This document shows positions 1 to 13,540 of a DNA stretch of 64,000 nucleotides, in pieces. The stretch is taken from the NCBI GenBank assembly GCA_963677595.1, contig OY782041.1:2144001-2208000 (forward strand), written 5' to 3'. The translations under genes were made by a program, and so were the position numbers. Position 1 is the first letter of the stretch; the number at the start of each line of letters is the position of its first letter. Under the pieces are notes generated by a model. That model saw nothing but the letters and a program-made list of their open reading frames with translations. It was not told where the DNA came from and ran no database searches. Source of the DNA: Spirochaetia bacterium (GTDB lineage: Bacteria; Spirochaetota; Spirochaetia; CAKZLE01).

Positions 1-1
1 C

Positions 2-676
2 TACTCCTCGCTGAACCCGAGGAAGAAGGTATCGCAGATCATCGGGCAGCCGCTGCGCATCCACTCGGTCGGCAGTGCTGCTGAGCAGAACGAACGGATC
101 GATGCCCTCATGGATGAGGTCGGGCTGAACCCGAAGTTCAGGCGCCGATACCCCCACCAGTTCTCCGGGGGGCAGCGGCAGCGGATCGGGATCGCCCGGG
201 CCCTTGCCCTCGACCCCGAGTTCATCGTCTGCGATGAGGCGGTATCGGCTCTCGACGTCTCGGTGCAGGCGCAGATCCTGAACCTCCTGCTCGAGCTCCA
301 GGAGAAGCATGCCTTCACCTATATGTTCATCTCCCATGACCTCGCGGTCGTCGAGTTCATATCGACGCGGATCATGGTCATGTATCTCGGGAGGGTGGTA
401 GAGATCGCGGCTAAGGAAGAGTTGGTACGTGACCACCTCCATCCCTATACGAAGGCTCTCTTCGAGGCATTCCCCTCCACGGACCCGAGGGCGAGGGTCG
501 GGAAGAAGCGGGTAGTCATGGGCGATGTGCCGTCCCCGATCCATCCCCCTTCCGGCTGTCATTTCCATCCCCGGTGCCCCTATGCGACCGAACGCTGCAG
601 AGAAGAGTACCCGCCGTTGAAAGAGGTCGCCCCAGGCCACAGCGTGGTCTGCTGGGAGTTCGGGTCACAGGTTTGA
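2..676 (+). CDS. Oligopeptide/dipeptide ABC transporter ATP-binding subunit (OppF/DppF-like), 5' end outside window
   Basis: Frame open from base 2 ([10 protein letters not shown]...), [19 protein letters not shown] signature, CDEAVSALD Walker B, C-terminal GCHFHPRCP domain. Confidence 0.93.
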   Translation, partial: YSSLNPRKKVSQIIGQPLRIHSVGSAAEQNERIDALMDEVGLNPKFRRRYPHQFSGGQRQRIGIARALALDPEFIVCDEAVSALDVSVQAQILNLLLELQEKHAFTYMFISHDLAVVEFISTRIMVMYLGRVVEIAAKEELVRDHLHPYTKALFEAFPSTDPRARVGKKRVVMGDVPSPIHPPSGCHFHPRCPYATERCREEYPPLKEVAPGHSVVCWEFGSQV

Positions 677-1588
677 TGCCTTGAAGAAGGTCTGCCTGCT
701 CCGTTTCTCGATGAAATTGGTGAAGAGGTAGGAGAAGAAGAAGAGCAGGAGGTAGGCTGCGAGCGGGAAGACGATCAGCCACCACTGCGTGGTGCCGACC
801 TTCCCCATGTGCTGTCCGATGAGGCCTCCCCACTCCCTGGTGAACGATGAGAGCTCCGGGGGGTCGGTGGTCAGTCTCGTTCCCCCGATGAAGAGGGAGA
901 AGATCCCCAGCTGCCCGATCAGCGTCAGGGTCGCGATGATCTCATGCATGAACAGGAGACAGGTATCCTCTGAGAGATGGGGAAGCAGGTGCCTGTGCAG
1001 GATCCACATCCTCCCGCCGCCGCTGCTTCTAGCTGCCTCGATATAGCTGGTCTTGAGTTGCTGTGAGATCTTTTCCCGGAAGACAGGTATTGTGGAGGGC
1101 AGCCCGAAGATGGAGAAGAGTCCTATCTGGATAGCGGTGATCACCGGTGGCGGGACTGCCGGGTTGATGATGAAACCGAACATGATGAAGTAGATAATGA
1201 CGAAGATCGGGAGTCCCTGGACAACTGAGAAGCTCTGCTTTCGATTCTTGCCGTCCAGTGCCTGCCCATAACCGATGAGGAAGCCCCCGACGACTCTGGT
1301 GAAGGCAGTGAGGAGCATAGTCAGGATGGTATATTTCGCGCCGTAGAGCATTGATGTGAGCAGGTCATAGCCGAAGATGTCAGTGCCCATGGGATGCCGT
1401 GCAGAGGGGGCGAGGGGTGAGAAGAGGATCAATCTTCCCTCATCGGTCATGATGTCGATTATGTTCTCCGATTCATCAAATTCAAAAGGGGCAAAGAACG
1501 GCCCGATATAGGCAATGGCCAAGAGGCTGATGAGAAAGACCGCTATGGCGGTATAGAGCTGGTTATGAGATGAGGCTTTCATGGGCAC
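665..1588 (-). CDS. Peptide ABC transporter permease (DppC/OppC-like)
   Basis: [12 protein letters not shown] motif, EAA loop ([10 protein letters not shown]), multiple hydrophobic segments. Confidence 0.88.
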   Translation of the reverse strand: MPMKASSHNQLYTAIAVFLISLLAIAYIGPFFAPFEFDESENIIDIMTDEGRLILFSPLAPSARHPMGTDIFGYDLLTSMLYGAKYTILTMLLTAFTRVVGGFLIGYGQALDGKNRKQSFSVVQGLPIFVIIYFIMFGFIINPAVPPPVITAIQIGLFSIFGLPSTIPVFREKISQQLKTSYIEAARSSGGGRMWILHRHLLPHLSEDTCLLFMHEIIATLTLIGQLGIFSLFIGGTRLTTDPPELSSFTREWGGLIGQHMGKVGTTQWWLIVFPLAAYLLLFFFSYLFTNFIEKRSRQTFFKASNL

Positions 1589-2486
1589 AGATCCTTCTGA
1601 GAAAGAAAATAAGCAATAAGCAGATGAGATAAGTCGCTGCCGAGATGGCGGCGATCAGGATGATCGCGGTCAGGGCGATCCTGAAATTGATGGAGTAGGC
1701 CGTGATCCCTCGGTAGGTACTGAACTCCATGTTGAACCCGAAATGGAAAAGCAGCCTGGTAAGGCCGGGAATGCTGAACATCCTCTCCACGATGAAGAGG
1801 CTCCCCGTTGTGATCGAGACCAGCTTGATGAGGTCACCCCGGAATCCGGAAAGGACTGCTGTCAGCATGTAACGGAAGATGATCACGGGCCTTGAGAGCC
1901 CCCTGGCCCGGGCGTAGAGAACATAGTCTTCGGTACCGATCTGCGTCATCTTCTGGGCGATAGTCCTGGAAACATATGACAGGGATATGATAACGAGGAT
2001 GATCAGGGGGAATCCCATTATCCCATCACGGATAGAATAGTTGATGTATCCGAGCCGTATTCCCAGGTTCTGGAAGGAGAGGACCATCAGCAGCTGCAGG
2101 ACCATGACCAGGATGAAATCCGGGACGGCGCTGAGCAGGGTGAGTCCGCCGAGGCCGAATTTCCGTTTGCGGGTTCCGAAGAAGACCCCGAGCAGGATGC
2201 CGAGCAGAAGGCTGATTACCGTCGCGATCATCAGGTGAAGAAATGATGCCCTGATGAAATCGGGGATGAACTCCATCATGTTCCTCGGGGTCTTCCCAAA
2301 CATGACCATGAGGAAGTCCTCCGAGCCGAGCTCGCTGAAAAAATCGGAGAGGACGGTGAGAGGTCCGTGCAGATTCAGCGCGTGGGCTCCCTCCTCAAAC
2401 ACGAAGAGGGCCGGAGCCGTGAGGATTGCAAGAAGGATGAACACTGACAGACTCAGTCTGAGCAGGAAACGAACAAGTTGTCTCAT
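1563..2486 (-). CDS. Peptide ABC transporter permease (DppB/OppB-like)
   Basis: DYVLYARARGL EAA-type loop, IVERMFSIPGL motif, hydrophobic helices; overlaps next permease. Confidence 0.88.
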   Translation of the reverse strand: MRQLVRFLLRLSLSVFILLAILTAPALFVFEEGAHALNLHGPLTVLSDFFSELGSEDFLMVMFGKTPRNMMEFIPDFIRASFLHLMIATVISLLLGILLGVFFGTRKRKFGLGGLTLLSAVPDFILVMVLQLLMVLSFQNLGIRLGYINYSIRDGIMGFPLIILVIISLSYVSRTIAQKMTQIGTEDYVLYARARGLSRPVIIFRYMLTAVLSGFRGDLIKLVSITTGSLFIVERMFSIPGLTRLLFHFGFNMEFSTYRGITAYSINFRIALTAIILIAAISAATYLICLLLIFFLRRICAHESLIS

Positions 2487-2530
2487 ATAGGAACTATACA
2501 GGAGATTGCCGTGATTGGCAAACCTGATGG

Positions 2531-2559
2531 TTGTAAAGAGCAGTTCGATTCGATATACT
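2531..2559 (+). promoter_or_regulatory. Putative sigma70 promoter of PFOR
   Basis: TTGTAA-17 bp-TATACT. Confidence 0.55.
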
Positions 2560-2662
2560 TGTCATGCTGGAATTGATTGGGGTGAACCCTGGTTAGTGGG
2601 TATTCAGGTTCATGTCATATTATGATCCAACACATATACTAAAATCTATGGAGTGTTTCATT

Positions 2663-6193
<3,531 letters not shown>

Positions 6194-6255
6194 TTTCAAG
6201 AGATCATGTAATTGAGATGTAAGTCTCTTACATCTTGGTCAATGGTATAACAATC

Positions 6256-6286
6256 GCCCCTGTCCGGTCTCCGGGCAGGGGCTTTC
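6256..6286 (+). terminator. Intrinsic terminator after PFOR
   Basis: GCCCCTGTCCGG-tct-CCGGGCAGGGGC followed by TTTT. Confidence 0.8.
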
Positions 6287-6304
6287 TCATTTATGTTCTG
6301 AGCC

Positions 6305-6350
6305 AAAAAAAGGCCCCGGACCCGTAGGTTACCGGAGCTCGATCCCTTAT
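6305..6350 (-). ncRNA. Candidate very short sRNA (~45 nt)
   Basis: Minus strand TTGACT-17 bp-TATGCT promoter (6383..6355) followed by a hairpin with cUACGg loop and T7; no ORF. Confidence 0.35.
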
Positions 6351-6452
6351 CTAAAGCATACTTGTGCTGCTGGTTGAAGTCAACGCTGGGAATTAGGTTG
6401 TAGTGACTACTCAGGTCCTCAGCTTCGTGAAGCCTGAGCAGGCCGGGTACAG

Positions 6453-7241
6453 CTATTCCCAGTTCTTCAGCATGCGGGCTACTGAACGGTTCATCTCCTG
6501 CATGAAGTCGCTGGTATGCTTACGGAAATAGTAGTAGTGGGCGAGGTCCGGGGTCCCCTCATCGAGTCTCCCCGTCTGCCGGTAGTACTCGTTGTGGGGA
6601 GCGAACATCTCCTGTAGCTCCTGGGCGTCCTTCCGTTTGTAGGTGTTCTCGTAAAAGATCTCCTCATGGCTGTGGCGCGGGGTGGGGGCGATACCGGTCT
6701 TCCATTCCCCCTTCGGGTAGCCGAAACAGATCATCGTGATCGGTAATACGAAATCCGGCAGGTCGAGCAGCTCCTGCACCTGTTCATAGTTCTCTAAGAT
6801 ATCACCGATGTAGCAGGACCCGATGTGGAGGGAGTCAGCCGCGGTCACGGCGCTCTGTGCGGCGATCAGCGCATCGCAGACGGAGAGCATGATGTCCCCC
6901 TGACCCAGGTCGCGGTGTGCGATCCCTTCGGCTTCTCCCTTCTGCACGGCACCTGATGATTGGAAGTAGTCCTCCCACTTCTGGTAGTCCGCCAGGAAGA
7001 GCCAGACCATCGGGGCCTTGGCGATCATCGGCTGGTCGTCGCAGAGGTCAGCAAGCCGGTCCTTGATACCCTGGTCGGTTATATCGAGGACGGAGTAGAG
7101 CATCATGTTGCCTGCCGTCGCGGCTCTCCTGGTCGCTTCCGAGATGATCCGCTTATGTCCAGGTTCGATCGGTCTCCCGTCGTAAGCCCGGAGTGATCTC
7201 CTCTCGAGCAGCAGCTGTATTGTCTCATTCGGGTAGTCCAC
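6453..7241 (-). CDS. Nitroreductase family protein (NfsA/FRP-like)
   Basis: RRSLRAY start motif, AATAGNMMLYS, IGSCYIG, ICFGYP. Confidence 0.9.
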   Translation of the reverse strand: MDYPNETIQLLLERRSLRAYDGRPIEPGHKRIISEATRRAATAGNMMLYSVLDITDQGIKDRLADLCDDQPMIAKAPMVWLFLADYQKWEDYFQSSGAVQKGEAEGIAHRDLGQGDIMLSVCDALIAAQSAVTAADSLHIGSCYIGDILENYEQVQELLDLPDFVLPITMICFGYPKGEWKTGIAPTPRHSHEEIFYENTYKRKDAQELQEMFAPHNEYYRQTGRLDEGTPDLAHYYYFRKHTSDFMQEMNRSVARMLKNWE

Positions 7242-7262
7242 GTCATTCTCCTTTTACCAAAT

Positions 7263-7286
7263 AAAAAGGCCTGCGTAACAGGCCTT
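7263..7286 (-). terminator. Terminator after rubredoxin
   Basis: AGGCCTG...CAGGCCT stem with T-run on minus strand. Confidence 0.65.
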
Positions 7287-7307
7287 GTGAATTCATGATA
7301 CGATGAT

Positions 7308-7469
7308 CTACTCTACTTCAGAGAAATCATCCTTTGATGCTCCGCACAGCGGGCATACCCAGTCTTCAGGGAGGTCAGCGAATGCTGTTCCTGCATCGAC
7401 ACCGTTGTCTGGATCGCCGTCAGCCGGATCATAGATATAACCGCACAGATCACATACGTACTTCTTCAT
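7308..7469 (-). CDS. Rubredoxin (53 aa; not in ORF track)
   Basis: Manual translation [53 protein letters not shown]; two CxxCG knuckles. Confidence 0.96.
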   Translation of the reverse strand: MKKYVCDLCGYIYDPADGDPDNGVDAGTAFADLPEDWVCPLCGASKDDFSEVE

Positions 7470-7494
7470 TGTTCATACCCCTTATCGTATTGTA

Positions 7495-7986
7495 TTATTG
7501 TCGAGCACCAAGCTCTTTATCGATCATGAAGAGACCGCGTCCCTCTTCCCCGACCTGGCCGATCATCTGGATGATGCCTTCGACTGTTGACTCTTCCTCG
7601 ACCTGTTCGCTGACGAACCAGTCTAAGAATATCTCGGTCGGGGTGTCATCAAGCTCCCTGGCCTTCTTCACCAGTGCTATGATTGACTCTGAGATGTACT
7701 GCTCATGAGCCAGGGCGCCCTCGAAGGCAGCCTTGAGTGAGTCCCAGGTCCCCTGGGGCTTGTCAAGCTGGGCGAATTCCGGCTTGCCGCCACGGTCGAG
7801 GATGTAGTCGTAGATCTTCCTGGCATGGGAGAGTTCCTCCTCAGCCTGCTTGAAGAACCAGAAACCAGCCCCTCTCCTTCCCTTATAGGTAGCATCTGAT
7901 GACATTGCCATATAGAGGTACCAGGAGTACATCTCTTTCGCGAATTGCCCATTCAGTGCATCGATCATCTCTTGTGTAATCTTCAT
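7495..7986 (-). CDS. ftnA: Non-heme ferritin
   Basis: KEMYSWYLYMAM, QAEEELSHA, HEQYIS, WFVSEQVEEE ferroxidase motifs. Confidence 0.93.
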   Translation of the reverse strand: MKITQEMIDALNGQFAKEMYSWYLYMAMSSDATYKGRRGAGFWFFKQAEEELSHARKIYDYILDRGGKPEFAQLDKPQGTWDSLKAAFEGALAHEQYISESIIALVKKARELDDTPTEIFLDWFVSEQVEEESTVEGIIQMIGQVGEEGRGLFMIDKELGARQ

Positions 7987-7989
7987 CTT

Positions 7990-8376
7990 CTATCCTTTCC
8001 ATAAACCGTGAACGTTGCAGTGTTCACGGGCTGAGACATCGGTGATGTCAGTGTTCGCGCAGAAGTATGCCTCCGGTACATCCCCGGGTTTCAGGTACTT
8101 CCTGGATGAGACACCGCCGATCGTCAGTTCGATCCATTCGATGTAGTGCTCCTCGGTCATAGGATGGAGGGTCGAACCCACATAGACCCGGAAACCGTCC
8201 TCGAGTTTCTCGATGACCGGTACATGTTTCTCGGTAGCAGAGTCTGCAGTCTTCTCTTCAAGAAGATCCATCGGCTTCCCGCAGCAGACCAGCTCGCCGC
8301 CGCCTACTCGTACCATCTCCACCATATTCCCGCACAGAGAACATACATAGATTCCGTCTTTAACCGCTTTAGCCAT
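7990..8376 (-). CDS. dfx: Desulfoferrodoxin (2Fe superoxide reductase)
   Basis: CSLCGN...CCGKPM desulforedoxin domain, [24 protein letters not shown]. Confidence 0.95.
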   Translation of the reverse strand: MAKAVKDGIYVCSLCGNMVEMVRVGGGELVCCGKPMDLLEEKTADSATEKHVPVIEKLEDGFRVYVGSTLHPMTEEHYIEWIELTIGGVSSRKYLKPGDVPEAYFCANTDITDVSAREHCNVHGLWKG

Positions 8377-8389
8377 TGATACCTCCCAA

Positions 8390-8406
8390 ATTGTAATGAT
8401 TACAAT
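8390..8406. promoter_or_regulatory. PerR/Fur-like palindromic operator
   Basis: ATTGTAAT-G-ATTACAAT perfect palindrome just upstream of dfx RBS; resembles Per box TTATAATnATTATAA. Confidence 0.7.
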
Positions 8407-8437
8407 ATACAGAAATCCTCAGGATTAATCCAGAGCA

Positions 8438-9013
8438 TTATACAACTTCGTGGAAAACTTCGAAGTAAGCCTGCGGATGGTCGCATGCAGGGCACTTCTT
8501 GGGTGCTTCAGCCCCTTCGTAGATATAGCCGCAGTTGAGGCATCTCCAGACGACCGGCTGTCCCTGCTTGAACGATGTACCGTTCTGGACCTTCCTCAGG
8601 AGGGTCTTGTACCGGTCCTCATGGCGCTTCTCAGCAACACAGACAGCCCGGTAGACTGCCGCGATCACTGGGAATCCCTCCTCGTCGGCGACCCTGGCGA
8701 ACTCGGGATAGAGCTCTGTCCACTCCTCATGCTCACCTGCGGCAGCCTCGGTGAGGTTGTCTGCTGTCGTGCCGATCATCCCTGCAGGGTAGGCAGCCGT
8801 GATCTCGAGAGGGCCTCCCTCTAGGAATTTGAAGAACCGTTTTGCATGCTCCTTCTCCTGGTCTGCTGTCTCTGCGAAGATCTGGGATATAAGGACATAC
8901 CCCTCCTTCTTTGCGACACTCGCGAAATAAGTATATCGATTCCTTGCTTGAGATTCTCCCGCAAATGATTTCAATAGATTCTTCTCTGTCTGTGTTCCTT
9001 TGATACTTTTCAC
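8438..9013 (-). CDS. rbr: Rubrerythrin
   Basis: FAGESQARNRY, QEKEHAK, EKRHE diiron motifs; C-terminal CLNCGY...CPACDHP. Confidence 0.96.
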   Translation of the reverse strand: MKSIKGTQTEKNLLKSFAGESQARNRYTYFASVAKKEGYVLISQIFAETADQEKEHAKRFFKFLEGGPLEITAAYPAGMIGTTADNLTEAAAGEHEEWTELYPEFARVADEEGFPVIAAVYRAVCVAEKRHEDRYKTLLRKVQNGTSFKQGQPVVWRCLNCGYIYEGAEAPKKCPACDHPQAYFEVFHEVV

Positions 9014-9091
9014 CGATTTAGCCCTCCATTGTTCGGAATGAGATAGATGTGTCTACCTGTCATGATAAATGATTGGCATCCAAAAAGCAAT

Positions 9092-10054
9092 TTATTCAGG
9101 GTAAATGTCCAATATTTCACGTAAATATGAGGTGAAATAGGTGCGATACCCCTCCGGCCCTAGAACCTCGATCGACTTTCCACACTGTACGAGCCGTAGT
9201 ACCAGTTCGATGGAGTTCTCCGCGTTCATCCTGCAGTAGAGCTTCCCGTCCTCCCCAGTGTAGGTCTCGAGCTTGTCATAATAGATCGAGGAGAAGGAGT
9301 TGAGCGCTGAACGCTCTTTCAGCCTGAGTTCCAGGGGCACCATGTCGATCCCGCTGTACCGCTCCCCGGTATCAGGCTTCCTGAAGGGCCTGAGGTTGTC
9401 AGGGATGGTGTAGGTCTCATCGAGGATCTCCGCCGAATTGATCGCGTGGATGTCGATGGTCTCGATCTCCGAGGTGTGCCGCAGGCGTCCGGTAACGCTG
9501 ATCGGGCGGCGTCCTGAGGAGCTGTCCCGGTACCCGATGAAGTAGGGGGCGAACTCGGTCTCCTGTTCCTCGCCTTCAGCGATGGTATGGCTGATCTTGA
9601 GCATCTTGCCCGAGACCCAGGAGTCGATGATGACCTCGAGGGTGTCGGTGAAGGAGGGGTGCGGCCTCTCAGAGGTCGTCTCGATCTGCTCGGCTACCGC
9701 GTCGATATTATTACTCACATGGGGTGCATAGGTCCGCATGTTCCCGGCGATCTTCCGCAGCCCCGAAGCCAAATGGGGCGTCTGCATCGGCTCATACTTC
9801 GCCAGCATCTCCGCTGAGAGGTTCAGTGCCAGCGACTCGTAGACGCTGAGCTTCATCACGTCAATCTCTTCCCGTGCCTGGATCTTGATGAGGTACTTGT
9901 CCTCATAGACATCCGTATGTTTCTTCAGTTCATCAATATATCGTCCGATGGTGGATCTGTGGACCCCCAGTCTCCTGGCAATCTCAGCCCGCCTCATCCC
10001 CTCGGGATGTGAGAGCAGCAGCAGTTCCAACTGCATCAATCGTTCACCTTTCAT
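9092..10054 (-). CDS. HTH + WYL-type (YafY-like) transcriptional regulator
   Basis: N-terminal EIARRLGVHRSTIGRYI HTH; central PY motif region; C-terminal WCX-like GKSIEVLGPE; canonical WYL residues degenerate. Confidence 0.7.
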   Translation of the reverse strand: MKGERLMQLELLLLSHPEGMRRAEIARRLGVHRSTIGRYIDELKKHTDVYEDKYLIKIQAREEIDVMKLSVYESLALNLSAEMLAKYEPMQTPHLASGLRKIAGNMRTYAPHVSNNIDAVAEQIETTSERPHPSFTDTLEVIIDSWVSGKMLKISHTIAEGEEQETEFAPYFIGYRDSSSGRRPISVTGRLRHTSEIETIDIHAINSAEILDETYTIPDNLRPFRKPDTGERYSGIDMVPLELRLKERSALNSFSSIYYDKLETYTGEDGKLYCRMNAENSIELVLRLVQCGKSIEVLGPEGYRTYFTSYLREILDIYPE

Positions 10055-10335
10055 ACTATACTTATCCTATTCATGAGTTACCGGATTCCTGCAACATTCT
10101 GCATCATATACGGGAGATTATACCATAGAAACTGGAGTGTGGGGAAATTCACTTCAGGTACCGGCGTTCTTTTTGGGAGAGGAGGGGACTTATCGATAAA
10201 TACGGAGAGATTTGCCCTCTTTCACTTGAGCATTAGCTGATGATTGACTATCTTAGGAGGGTAAAGAAAAATAGTAACTAGCGGATGCCCGAAAGCCGGG
10301 ATCCGCGTCAATGACCGAATACAGGAGAAGACCAT

Positions 10336-11169
10336 ATGCACGGTTTACAGGGAGCTGAGCTCGAGGCCCAGAACAAGCGGCTGCAGGAGAGGATGTCACA
10401 GATCAGGTACAAGATCCTGGTCATGAGCGGTAAGGGAGGGGTCGGCAAGACCACGGTATCAGTCAACCTCGCGTTGTCGCTGGCTGCCAAGGGCCACAAG
10501 GTCGGTATCCTCGATACCGATATCCACGGGCCGAACGTGGCGAAGATGCTCGGCGTCCAGGGGGAGAAGATGTATTCCCAGGATGAGCATACCATCGAGC
10601 CATTTGAGGTCAACGAGAACCTCAAGGCTGTCAGTCTCGCCTTTGCTGGGAACGACGATGACACCCCCATCATCTGGAGGGGGCCGCTGAAGATCAGCGT
10701 CATCAAGCAGTTCCTCGCTGACGTGAACTGGGGAGCCCTGGACTACCTGATCATCGACTCCCCGCCGGGTACCGGCGATGAGCCGCTGACCGTCTGCCAG
10801 ATGATCCCGGAGCTCACGGGAAGCATCGTGGTCACGACCCCCCAGGAGGTCGCGATCCTCGATTCACGAAAGAGCATCACCTTCTCACGGCAGATCAAGG
10901 TCGCCCTGCTCGGGATCGTCGAGAATATGAGCGGCTATGTCTGCCCGCACTGCGGCGAGAGAGTGGACATCTTCGGCAAGGGCGGCGGAGAGGCTGCCTG
11001 CAGGGAGATGGATGCACCCTTCCTCGGGAGCATCCCGATCGACCCGGGTCTCATGCAGGCTGAGGACAGGGGTGTCTCCTACGTGAGCACAGCTCCTGAG
11101 AGCGCCTGTGCGATCGCGATCAATGCGATCGTGGACAAGATCGATTCTGCGCTGGCAAGCAGCAAGTAA
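10336..11169 (+). CDS. mrp: Mrp/NBP35 (ApbC) Fe-S carrier ATPase
   Basis: SGKGGVGKT, DIHGPN, DSPPGTGD, ENMS...CPHC. Confidence 0.94.
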   Translation: MHGLQGAELEAQNKRLQERMSQIRYKILVMSGKGGVGKTTVSVNLALSLAAKGHKVGILDTDIHGPNVAKMLGVQGEKMYSQDEHTIEPFEVNENLKAVSLAFAGNDDDTPIIWRGPLKISVIKQFLADVNWGALDYLIIDSPPGTGDEPLTVCQMIPELTGSIVVTTPQEVAILDSRKSITFSRQIKVALLGIVENMSGYVCPHCGERVDIFGKGGGEAACREMDAPFLGSIPIDPGLMQAEDRGVSYVSTAPESACAIAINAIVDKIDSALASSK

Positions 11170-11178
11170 GGACACCCC

Positions 11179-11751
11179 ATGAAACACCTCACATGGAAGA
11201 CGCTGGAACGGAAGAAGCTGCATGACTGCAGGATCTTCGATGTCCTCGAGACGAGCAGCATCACCGAAGACGGGAAGCAGGGTTCCTTCATCCAGGTGGA
11301 TGCACCGGACTGGATCACGGTCATGCCGGTGGTCCGGGACCAGATGGGCCACCCCTGTTTCCTGATGGTCAAGCAGTACCGTCACGGCACCGAGTCGCTG
11401 ACCCTCGAGTTCCCTGCAGGGACGGTGGAGAGGGGGGAGCAGCCGAAGGTAGCTGCCTACCGGGAGCTGCTCGAGGAGACCGGCTGTCGGCCGGCACGGC
11501 TCATCAAGGTCGGTGCCGTCTCCCCGAACCCGGCATTCATGATGAATACTGTAACCTACTACGTTGCTGAGGAGTTGGAATATATACAGGACCAGCAGCT
11601 TGATGAAGATGAGATGATCGACATCGAGCTGGTCCCGATCAATGAAGTGATCCATTCAATGGGTCATGGATACTACAACAACGCGATCATGATGGCGGCT
11701 CTCGCCTTCTACTTAAGATGGAGAGGGCTCGTGCGTGACGTCCGGGAGTAG
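11179..11751 (+). CDS. NUDIX hydrolase (ADP-ribose pyrophosphatase-like)
   Basis: Nudix box GTVERGEQPKVAAYRELLEETG; VKQYRH. Confidence 0.9.
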   Translation: MKHLTWKTLERKKLHDCRIFDVLETSSITEDGKQGSFIQVDAPDWITVMPVVRDQMGHPCFLMVKQYRHGTESLTLEFPAGTVERGEQPKVAAYRELLEETGCRPARLIKVGAVSPNPAFMMNTVTYYVAEELEYIQDQQLDEDEMIDIELVPINEVIHSMGHGYYNNAIMMAALAFYLRWRGLVRDVRE

Positions 11752-11772
11752 TATCCTACAAGGAGTTGTTGC

Positions 11773-12525
11773 GTGCAAACTAAAAGAACAGTATTGACAG
11801 CAGTCTTCCTGCTGTCGCTTGCAGCCCTGCTGCTGACCGGCTGCCTGACGCCGAACGGTAGCCAGGCTGCAGTCAGTGACCTGCCCGTGATCTCGGTGAA
11901 CGGGGTCGGTGTCGTGGAAGCCGAACCGGATGCCGCAAGGGTGACCGTCACGGTCTCTGAACTGCGGGATACCACCGCAGAGGCCCAGGGCGAAGTCAAC
12001 CGGAAGGTAGCCCAGGCGATCGATGCCTGCATCGCTGCCGGCATCGATGAGGAGAAGATCTCCACAGCCTCGATCGACTTCAACGCGGAGTATGACTGGA
12101 CCGATGAGGGACGGGTGCTGAAGGGCCAGCGGGTCAGCCAGACCCTGACCGTCATCGCATCAGGTATCGACGGGGACACCGAACTGCTCTCGAACCTCTT
12201 CGACGGCCTCGGCATGGTCTCGGGGATTGAGATCTCTTCGCTCTCCTTCTTCGTGGAAGATACCCAATCACTCTACCGGGAGGCCAGGGAGCTTGCCTTC
12301 ACCAAGGCAAAGCAGAAGGCAGAGGAGTATGCGCAGTTGGGCGGGGTAACCCTCGGTAAGCCGGTCGCGATCTCCGAGTACTCCTCGGACGCGACCGTGG
12401 CAGAGACCGCTGTGCGGGCAGTGAAGATGGCTGCGGCACCCATGGCGGAGTCCTACCCGACCCAGGTGCCCTCTGGTTCCTACAGCGTGACCCTGACGGT
12501 ACAGGTGCAGTTCCTCATCAACTGA
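11773..12525 (+). CDS. SIMPL (DUF541) domain lipoprotein
   Basis: Lipobox LLTGC; ISVNGVGVVEAEPD and AFTKAKQKAEEYA motifs. Confidence 0.85.
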   Translation: MQTKRTVLTAVFLLSLAALLLTGCLTPNGSQAAVSDLPVISVNGVGVVEAEPDAARVTVTVSELRDTTAEAQGEVNRKVAQAIDACIAAGIDEEKISTASIDFNAEYDWTDEGRVLKGQRVSQTLTVIASGIDGDTELLSNLFDGLGMVSGIEISSLSFFVEDTQSLYREARELAFTKAKQKAEEYAQLGGVTLGKPVAISEYSSDATVAETAVRAVKMAAAPMAESYPTQVPSGSYSVTLTVQVQFLIN

Positions 12526-13471
12526 GGACCTTCAGCATGTAGTGGTTCAGGTCATAGGACCCGTACATGAGCTCATAGAGTGCGTGCAGGAGGGGGAAGT
12601 CTTTCGTCAGGTTCTTCTCATGGATGAGTTCCCCCATCAGCCGTATGGTCTTCATCCCCTCGATGACGATCCCGCTCTGCGGGTCGTTGGCGAACCCCTT
12701 GCCGATCAGGAGCCCGAGGGTCCTGTTACGGCTCAGGTCATTGAGGGCGGTGAGCCCGAGATCCCCGATCCCGCAGTAGGAGAAGATCGTCTCGCTCTCG
12801 CATCCGTAGAGCTCAAGGATCTCCTTCATCTCGTTCACGGCCTTCGTCATCATGATGAAGTCCACGTTCGGTGAATTGTACTTCCCGGAGATGATCCCGA
12901 TCGCTATCGCGTACATGTTCTTCAGGATACTCAAGAGCTCAGCCCCCCGCATGTCCGGGGTGTAGTCCGAGATGATGCCCGTCTCGGGCAGCACCTGCGA
13001 GGTCAGCCGCTCGAAGTCCTCCCTGCGGCCGCCGAAGGTGAGGGCGGAGGGGACGCCGTTGAAGACCTCGACAGCGAAGGTCGGCCCCTTCATGACCGCG
13101 ACGTGGTCGAACGGGATCACCTCGGGGAGGAACCTCCCGTCGTTGGCAAAGCCCTTCGCCAAGTTGATCACGACACAGTCGGGCTTGATGATATCCTTGA
13201 TCGAGAGGCAGAACTGTTCGATGACCTTGGACGGGATGGCGAGGAAGAGGTAGTCTGCCCCGCTGCAGCAGGATATATCCATGGTGGCCGTGATATCTCT
13301 CCGGAGATGTCTCCCGGGGAAGTACTTCGTGTTCTGGTGGTGAGAGTTGATATCTTCGATGACATCCTCTTCTATGGTGTAGAGGGTGATACTGTTATCT
13401 GGGTTTGTCGCGAGTCTGTCCGCGAGGGCAGTGCCGAAGACGCCGGCCCCTGCCATGACGATGTTGTTCAT
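12518..13471 (-). CDS. gpsA: NAD(P)H-dependent glycerol-3-phosphate dehydrogenase
   Basis: GAGVFGTALA, LKNMYAIAIG, GIGDLGLT...SRNRTLG. Confidence 0.88.
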   Translation of the reverse strand: MNNIVMAGAGVFGTALADRLATNPDNSITLYTIEEDVIEDINSHHQNTKYFPGRHLRRDITATMDISCCSGADYLFLAIPSKVIEQFCLSIKDIIKPDCVVINLAKGFANDGRFLPEVIPFDHVAVMKGPTFAVEVFNGVPSALTFGGRREDFERLTSQVLPETGIISDYTPDMRGAELLSILKNMYAIAIGIISGKYNSPNVDFIMMTKAVNEMKEILELYGCESETIFSYCGIGDLGLTALNDLSRNRTLGLLIGKGFANDPQSGIVIEGMKTIRLMGELIHEKNLTKDFPLLHALYELMYGSYDLNHYMLKVLS

Positions 13472-13540
13472 ATGCTCCTCCAGTGATGGCAGATGACATA
13501 ATAAACAATATTCGAGAAAATGTCAAAAAAAGAGGAATAG

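Noticed and set aside
6215-6235. Palindrome AGATGTAAG-tct-CTTACATCT after PFOR
   Set aside because: Single 3' UTR hairpin before the real terminator; no further support for a separate function
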